Origin: an uncultured delta proteobacterium
GTDB taxonomy: Bacteria; Myxococcota; UBA727; VGSZ01
Reading direction: 5' to 3'
DNA: 64,000 nucleotides
Assembly: GCA_963775425.1 (NCBI GenBank)
Contig: CAVZJB010000004.1
Span: forward strand, 288,001-352,000
Position 1 is the stretch's first letter. Every line of letters begins with the position of its first letter. Shown here in pieces: positions 58,545-64,000 of this stretch. A model generated the notes under the pieces. The model had not been told where the DNA came from. It saw only the letters and a list, made by a program, of their open reading frames with translations, and did not search any database. A program made the position numbers and the translations under genes.

Positions 58545-60344
58545 ATGGTGACGCCGAAGAAGCGCAAGAGCCCGGACCCGAATGCGCTCTTCGACGACGA
58601 GCGCGACGGTGGCCCTGTCGCCGCCGCCGACGACGACGACGACGAGCCCGAGAGCAACGCGGAGACGGTCGCGCTGCCGCCCAACATCGGCTTCGAGGCG
58701 AAGCTCGTCGTCGAGAAGGGGCCCCACGCGGGGACGGTGCTGAAGCTCGGGGGCGGCACCGCCACCATCGGGCGCTCGAGCAAGTGCGAGCTGCCGCTCA
58801 AGGCGAGCTCGGGCGTGTCGCGCCGCCACTGCAAGGTCCAGCTCGTGGGCGTGCGCTACGCGGTCATCGACCTCGAGAGCCGCAACGGGACCATCGTCAA
58901 CGGCGAGGTGTTCGAGCGAAAAATCCTCGACGACGGCGACGTCATCGAGGTCGGCGACGAGCACATCCGCTTCGTGACGAAGCCGCGCCCGGTAGGGCTC
59001 CCCGCCGACGAGGTCAATGATCGCGACACGGTGCTGCACGAGCCGCCGCCCCTGCCCGGCCGCGCGCCCCCGCCGCTCGAAAAGAGCGGCCAGCGCACGT
59101 CGCCGCGCAGAGAGTCGCCGCCCTTGGACGCCCCCGGGCTGCCCGTGCGCCCACCGGTGCGGCCCGACGCCACGCAGTCGTACTTCTACGACCCCGCCGT
59201 GGTCGCGCAGGCGGAGCTCAGCGATCCGTTGGCGCCCGCGCCGCCCCCGGAGCGCTCGACGTCGCAGCGCGCGGCGCCCCCCGAGCGCTCGACGTCACAG
59301 CGCGTGGCGACCCTGGAACGCTCGCGCTCCGATCGCGTGGCGCCGCCGCCCCGCGGCGGCTTCGGCGCGATGCACGTGCTCGTCATCCTCGCGGTCATCG
59401 TCGTCGCGGCGCTCGTGGCCGCCGCCTACGACATCGCGTTCGGCGACCAGCTCCTGCTCGCGCTGCTGCGGGGCAAGAGCCCCGTCGCCATCCTCGACGA
59501 CGTGCTCGACGGCCACGCCGCGCCCTCGGGCGCGACGCCGCCTCGGTCGCACGACGCGGCGCTCGTCGTCGACGCCGGCGCCGAGCGCGCAGGCGGACCG
59601 GCGGACGCGGGGGCGGCCGGCGGTGACACGCCACAGGGCGACACCGGACAGGGCGACACGGGACAGGGCGACACGGGACAGGGCGACACGGGACAGGGCG
59701 ACACCGCACAGGGCGACACGGGACAGGGCGACACCGCAAAGAGCGACGCCGCACGGGGCGACGCCGCACGGGGCGACGCCGGACGGGGCGACGCCGGACG
59801 GGGCGACGCCGGACGGGGCGACACGGGACGGGGCGACACGGGGCGGGGCGACACGGGGCGGGGCGACACGGGGCGGGGCGACACCGGACGGGGCGACACC
59901 GGACGGGGCGACACCGGACGGGGCGACACCGCGCAGGGCGACACCGCAAAGGGCGACACCGGCGGCGACACCGGCGACACCGGCGACGGTGGCGACAGCA
60001 ACGCGGCCGGGATCGCTGCGTCCGCGGGCGGGCGGGTCGCGAGCGTCAAGGTGCGGGTCGGCCAGACCGTGAAGGCCGGCGCCGTCGTCGCGCTCCTCGA
60101 AGGGTCGGCGCCCCACAAAAAGCTCGAGGCGTTGCGCGAGGAGGAGCGCGCCTTCGAAGGCGCCGCCAAGGACAACCCCGCAGCGCGCCGCGACCTCGCC
60201 ACCGTGCGCGCCGACATCGCCGCCATCGAGCGTCACGCGCGCCCCACGCCGCTGCTGAGCGACAAGAGCGGCGTCGTCAGCGAGGTGCTCGTCAAGCCGG
60301 GCGACGTCGTGAAGCCCGGCGACGTGCTCGCGAAGATCCAATAG
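58545..60344 (+). CDS. FHA-domain membrane protein with pentapeptide stalk and split biotinyl-lipoyl-like C-terminus
   Basis: IGRS, VSRRHC, DLESRNGT; TM; GDxxx repeats; GRVASVKVRVGQTVKAG...helical hairpin...GVVSEVLVKPGDVVKPGD. Confidence 0.82.
   Translation: MVTPKKRKSPDPNALFDDERDGGPVAAADDDDDEPESNAETVALPPNIGFEAKLVVEKGPHAGTVLKLGGGTATIGRSSKCELPLKASSGVSRRHCKVQLVGVRYAVIDLESRNGTIVNGEVFERKILDDGDVIEVGDEHIRFVTKPRPVGLPADEVNDRDTVLHEPPPLPGRAPPPLEKSGQRTSPRRESPPLDAPGLPVRPPVRPDATQSYFYDPAVVAQAELSDPLAPAPPPERSTSQRAAPPERSTSQRVATLERSRSDRVAPPPRGGFGAMHVLVILAVIVVAALVAAAYDIAFGDQLLLALLRGKSPVAILDDVLDGHAAPSGATPPRSHDAALVVDAGAERAGGPADAGAAGGDTPQGDTGQGDTGQGDTGQGDTGQGDTAQGDTGQGDTAKSDAARGDAARGDAGRGDAGRGDAGRGDTGRGDTGRGDTGRGDTGRGDTGRGDTGRGDTGRGDTAQGDTAKGDTGGDTGDTGDGGDSNAAGIAASAGGRVASVKVRVGQTVKAGAVVALLEGSAPHKKLEALREEERAFEGAAKDNPAARRDLATVRADIAAIERHARPTPLLSDKSGVVSEVLVKPGDVVKPGDVLAKIQ
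59622..59999 (+). repeat. Coding 15-bp tandem repeat, about 22 copies (GDTGQ/GDAGR/GDTGR)
   Basis: GGCGACACGGGACAG and GGCGACACCGGACGG variants. Confidence 0.95.
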
Positions 60345-60369
60345 GCGCGGGCAACGCGACCGGCGCGAC

Positions 60370-61218
60370 TCAATCGAGGCGGAACTGACGGGCGTCGGCG
60401 GCGATGCTCCCGCGCTCGGCGTCGTCGATGGTCGCTTTGACGGTGGGCTCTTCGAGGTCGCGGCCGGGCACCTGGAGCCAGCGCGTGCCGTCCCAGACCT
60501 CACCGCCCGCGTAGCTCGCCTTGTAGCTCATGGTCTTGGAGCCGGCGACGAGGTAGCCGAGGTAGTAGTACTGCTTGCCCCACTTCTTGCAGAGCTCGAT
60601 CTCGTAGAGGGCCGAGTAGACGCCCAGGGAGAGATCGCGCAGCGCGGGGTCCCAATAGAAATAGACCGTGGAGATGCCGGTGGGCACGACGTCGATGATG
60701 CCGACGGCGGCGAGGTCGCCCTTGTCGTTGCGCCAGGCCAGCTCCCAGGTGTCGGCGACGGTCTCGCACAGGAAGCGCTCGTAGCTCTCCTCGTCGGCCG
60801 TCTGGCCGTCGGCGCCGTGCTGGCCGGCCTGGTAGCGGGCGTAGAGCGTCAGGTGCTCGAGGTCGCTCACGGGGCGGCCGACGTCGACGGTGAACAGCCC
60901 TTCGCACCGCTTCTGCACGCGCCTTTGCGAGCGCGAAGGCACGAAGCGCTCGACGTCGACGCGGAAGGGCTGACAGCGGCGGCAGCCGGGGCACAGCGGG
61001 CGGTACACGAGCGAGCCCGAGCGGCGCATGCCGAGGTGCATGGCGCTCTCGTACTCGGCCGGCTCCAGGGCGGTCCCCGGCAGCGCGAAGGCGGTGCGGT
61101 TGTGGCGCCCGTCCTTGTAGTAGGGGCATTCGCCGTCGACGACGACGAGCGGACCGAGCGACCGCAGCGACGAGGGCGGCGGGATGACGCGCGGTTTCTG
61201 GCTCGGCTGCCTGGTCAC
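60370..61218 (-). CDS. ATE/Bpt-family aminoacyl-tRNA-protein transferase
   Basis: ECPYY, GMRRSGSLVYRPLCPGCRRC, SRSQRR, STVYFYWDP, SLGVYS, YYLGY, MSYKA. Confidence 0.88.
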   Translation of the reverse strand: MTRQPSQKPRVIPPPSSLRSLGPLVVVDGECPYYKDGRHNRTAFALPGTALEPAEYESAMHLGMRRSGSLVYRPLCPGCRRCQPFRVDVERFVPSRSQRRVQKRCEGLFTVDVGRPVSDLEHLTLYARYQAGQHGADGQTADEESYERFLCETVADTWELAWRNDKGDLAAVGIIDVVPTGISTVYFYWDPALRDLSLGVYSALYEIELCKKWGKQYYYLGYLVAGSKTMSYKASYAGGEVWDGTRWLQVPGRDLEEPTVKATIDDAERGSIAADARQFRLD

Positions 61219-61222
61219 ACCG

Positions 61223-62278
61223 TCATTCTATCTCGTCGCCGAACAGAGCGCTTTGTGAGGCAGATCGATGCGTGCGAGCCGGCGCACGCCGGCCGAGGTG
61301 CTCGTAGGCACGCACGGTGGCGACACGGCCGCGCGGCGTCCGCATCAGGAGCCCCTCCTGCAGGAGGTACGGCTCGTACACGTCCTCGAGCGTGCCCGCC
61401 TCCTCCCCGAGCGCGGCGGCGAGCGTGTCGAGCCCGACGGGTCGTCCGTCGAACTTGTCGACGAGCGTGAGCAAGAGCTTCTTGTCCATCTCGTCGAGGC
61501 CTAGCTTGTCGACGCCGAGCCTGTCGAGGCCCCCGCGCGCGACGTCGAGCGTGATGCGGCCCTCGTGCAGCACCTCGGCGAAGTCGCGCAGCCGGCGCAG
61601 CAGTCGGTTGGCGACGCGCGGGGTGCCACGGCAGCGGGCGGCGATCTCGGCGGCGCCGTCGGCGTCGAGCCCGACGTCGAGGAGGTGCGCCGACCGCTCG
61701 ACGATGCGGACGAGGTCCTCACGTGCGTAGAAGTCGAGCCGCGCGGTGAACCCGAAGCGATCGCGCAGCGGCGACGCGAGCAGGCCCGTGCGCGTGGTGG
61801 CACCGACGAGCGTGAAGGGCTTGAGGTCCAGGGAGATGCTGCGGGCGTGGGCGCCCTCGCCGATCATCACGTCGAAGCGGAAGTCCTCCATGGCCGGGTA
61901 GAGGTTCTCCTCGACGGCGGGCGTGAGCCGGTGGATCTCGTCGATGAAGAGGACGTCGCCGGCGCCCAGGTGCGTGAGGAGCCCCGCGAGGTCGCCCTTC
62001 TTCTCGACGGCGGGGCCGCTGGTGGCGTGGAGCGCCGCCCCCATCTCGTGCGCGATGATGTGCGCGAGGGTGGTCTTGCCGAGGCCCGGCGGGCCGCACA
62101 GCAGCACGTGGTCGAGGGGCTCGCCCCGGCGCTTGGCGGCGGCGGCGAAGATCTGGAGGTTCTCCTTGAGCGCCTTTTGGCCGACGTAGTCGTCGAAGGT
62201 CTGCGGGCGCAGGCTGTGGTCGAGCTTGACGTCGTCGACGGCGGCGCTCCCGCCGGTGATTCGTTCGAGCTTCACCAT
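61223..62278 (-). CDS. ruvB: Holliday junction helicase RuvB
   Basis: [46 protein letters not shown]. Confidence 0.97.
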   Translation of the reverse strand: MVKLERITGGSAAVDDVKLDHSLRPQTFDDYVGQKALKENLQIFAAAAKRRGEPLDHVLLCGPPGLGKTTLAHIIAHEMGAALHATSGPAVEKKGDLAGLLTHLGAGDVLFIDEIHRLTPAVEENLYPAMEDFRFDVMIGEGAHARSISLDLKPFTLVGATTRTGLLASPLRDRFGFTARLDFYAREDLVRIVERSAHLLDVGLDADGAAEIAARCRGTPRVANRLLRRLRDFAEVLHEGRITLDVARGGLDRLGVDKLGLDEMDKKLLLTLVDKFDGRPVGLDTLAAALGEEAGTLEDVYEPYLLQEGLLMRTPRGRVATVRAYEHLGRRAPARTHRSASQSALFGDEIE

Positions 62279-62281
62279 GCC

Positions 62282-62863
62282 TCACCCCACGTGCTTGAGC
62301 GCTTCACGAACCAGCGACGACAAGCCCTCGCCGCCGTCCGCGAGCGGCTTGACCTTCTGCAGCGCCCGATCGATCTGCGGCGCCTTGTAGCCGAGGTTGG
62401 CGAGCGCGGAGCGCAGGTCGTCGAGCGTGCCGCCGCCGCGACCGGCGGGCCGCCCGAGGCTCTCCTTCGCCATCTTGTCGGCGAGCTCGAGCACGATCCG
62501 CGCCGCGGTCTTCTTGCCGACGCCGGGGATCTTGGTGAGCCGCGCTTCGTCGCGCTCGGCGATGGCACGCACCAGGTCTGCGCCGTCGATGCCGGAGAGG
62601 AGCGCGAGGGCCGTGCGCGTGCCGACGCCCTGGACCCCGATGAGCCGCTCGAACAGCGCGAGCCCGTCGCGCGAGGAGAACCCGAAGAGCAAGATGGCGT
62701 CCTCGCGCACGTGGGTGTGGACGTGGGCCTCGACCTTGGCGCCGTCCTCGAGGCGCGCGAGCTCGGCGACCGGCATGAGCACCCGGTAGCCGACGCCGCC
62801 GACGTCGATGACGACGGACTCGACGTCGGCGAAGCGCGCGGTGCCGCTGAGAAAGCCGATCAT
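62282..62863 (-). CDS. ruvA: Holliday junction branch migration protein RuvA
   Basis: MIGFLSG, DVGGVGY, HVREDA..LFGF, IPGVGKKTAARI, ALANLGY. Confidence 0.96.
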   Translation of the reverse strand: MIGFLSGTARFADVESVVIDVGGVGYRVLMPVAELARLEDGAKVEAHVHTHVREDAILLFGFSSRDGLALFERLIGVQGVGTRTALALLSGIDGADLVRAIAERDEARLTKIPGVGKKTAARIVLELADKMAKESLGRPAGRGGGTLDDLRSALANLGYKAPQIDRALQKVKPLADGGEGLSSLVREALKHVG

Positions 62864-62879
62864 GCCGCCCGATGCTTAC

Positions 62880-62896
62880 CTGAACGCGTGATCAGG
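62880..62896. promoter_or_regulatory. LexA (SOS) box upstream of ruvA
   Basis: CTGAACGCGTGATCAGG, one mismatch to CTRHAMRYBYGTTCAGS, about 17 nt upstream of the ruvA ATG. Confidence 0.65.
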
Positions 62897-62919
62897 CACA
62901 ACGCCGCGACCTCGTCGGC

Positions 62920-63477
62920 TCAGGCCTTGCCCTGGGCGCGGGCGAGCTCGAGGAGCGCGTCGCGGCCCCGCCTGCGTGCCCGGCCGCCGTCGGGGGTGGG
63001 GGCCGCGGCCACCGGCGTGACGAGGGAGACGGCGAGGGCGACGGCGAGGGCGTCGGCGGCGTCCTCGAAGGGCACCTCGGGCAGGCGCAGCTGCGCGCGC
63101 ACCATCTCCGCGACCTGCTCCTTGCCGGCGCGGCCGCGGCCCGCGACCCGAAGCTTCACCTGCGAGGTCGGGATGCTCGTCACGGGCAGCCCGGCGAGGC
63201 CGAGCGTGGCCAGGCACGCCCCGCGCGCCTGACCGAGGATGAGCGCCGAGCGCGCGCCCCGCTGCACGAACACGTCCTCGACCGCGGCCGCCTCCGGGCG
63301 ATAGCGCACGATGACGTCGTTCAAGCGGTGACAGAGGTCCACGAGGCGCACCGTGAGGGAGCGATCGTCGTCGAGGAACAGCACGCCGTTGTCGATGTGC
63401 TCGATGACGCTGCCGCCGACCTCGACGATGCCCCAGCCCGTCTTGTGCGAGCCGGGGTCGACGCCGAGCAGCCTCAC
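62920..63477 (-). CDS. ruvC: Crossover junction endodeoxyribonuclease RuvC
   Basis: LGVDPG, AVEDVF, LGQARG, GRAGKEQV, DAADALAVA; GTG start overlapping the upstream stop. Confidence 0.94.
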   Translation of the reverse strand: MRLLGVDPGSHKTGWGIVEVGGSVIEHIDNGVLFLDDDRSLTVRLVDLCHRLNDVIVRYRPEAAAVEDVFVQRGARSALILGQARGACLATLGLAGLPVTSIPTSQVKLRVAGRGRAGKEQVAEMVRAQLRLPEVPFEDAADALAVALAVSLVTPVAAAPTPDGGRARRRGRDALLELARAQGKA

Positions 63478-64000
63478 TCGCAGCCTGCTGCGACCACGCC
63501 GTTTTGCGCCCCCGGCGTGGGACCGATCTCCGTGCGCGAGAAGCAGTAGCTGTCGTCGGCGTCGGGCGCGTCCGGCGCGATGCGCTCGACGGAGCGGCCG
63601 TCCTTGGGCGCGGGCGCGCTCATCGACGACACCGGCCGGCCCGTCGGATCGGACAACACGAGGAGCGTGCCCGTGTCGTTCACGAGGCTGCACAGCGAGA
63701 TGCGCACGATGGTGGACTCGTCCATGCCCGGATAGAAGGACGGGTCGAAGGCCGTCTTGGCGAGCACGAGGAAGGCGCCGGGGACGAGCGACGTCCCCGC
63801 GGGGATGCTGCAGGTGCTCGTCGACGTGCTGCCGCCCGACGTGGTGTGGCTGCTCTGCAGGGTCCAGCCGCCGAGGTCCGTGGTCACCGTGGGCTCGAAG
63901 CTCACGAGCTCGATGAACTCGCCCTGGTCATCGGTGCCGGAGCCGGCGGCGTCGGCGAGCATCTCGTTCACGGCGATCTTGGGGAGCGGCGCCGTGTGGA
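63474..64000 (-). CDS. Lamin-tail-domain (LTD) protein, 3' part (5' end outside window)
   Basis: IAVNEMLAD..EFIEL..DLGGWTL..PGAFLVL..SVER..TPGAQN. Confidence 0.8.
   Translation of the reverse strand, partial: HTAPLPKIAVNEMLADAAGSGTDDQGEFIELVSFEPTVTTDLGGWTLQSSHTTSGGSTSTSTCSIPAGTSLVPGAFLVLAKTAFDPSFYPGMDESTIVRISLCSLVNDTGTLLVLSDPTGRPVSSMSAPAPKDGRSVERIAPDAPDADDSYCFSRTEIGPTPGAQNGVVAAGCE

Overview
A very GC-rich (roughly 70% or more by eye), gene-dense bacterial chromosomal window with about 60 CDSs. It probably comes from a Myxococcota-like deltaproteobacterium; this is inferred from a MYXO-CTERM-like tail, PEGA, FHA/DUF4388 and Ser/Thr kinase genes, and Myxococcus-type LexA boxes. Recognisable genes include argD, gph-like HAD, mlaF-like ATPase, PHB depolymerase, ampG-like MFS, a paired acyl-CoA dehydrogenase, ALDH, prfC, PA0069 radical SAM, larC/larE, a PBP, YyaL-like protein, pdp/punA/deoC, fni, mltD-like, dacB, a dpp-like ABC plus nagZ, an ATE/Bpt transferase and ruvCAB. 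I saw no rRNA, tRNA, CRISPR-cas or intact mobile element. Main leads: (1) a nucleoside-catabolism neighbourhood (37.2-44.7 kb) with a signal-peptide-bearing DUF151 nuclease and a DeoC carrying a microcompartment-encapsulation-like helix plus a 4-Cys motif; (2) an EF-hand/phospholipid-scramblase fusion; (3) two palindromic intergenic tandem arrays, one of whose motifs recurs at a second convergent junction; (4) LexA boxes before the radical SAM gene and ruvA; (5) many TANNNT boxes 6-8 nt before start codons, suggesting leaderless transcripts; (6) a CpaF-like pseudo-ATPase. All family assignments come from motif recognition by eye; no searches were run.
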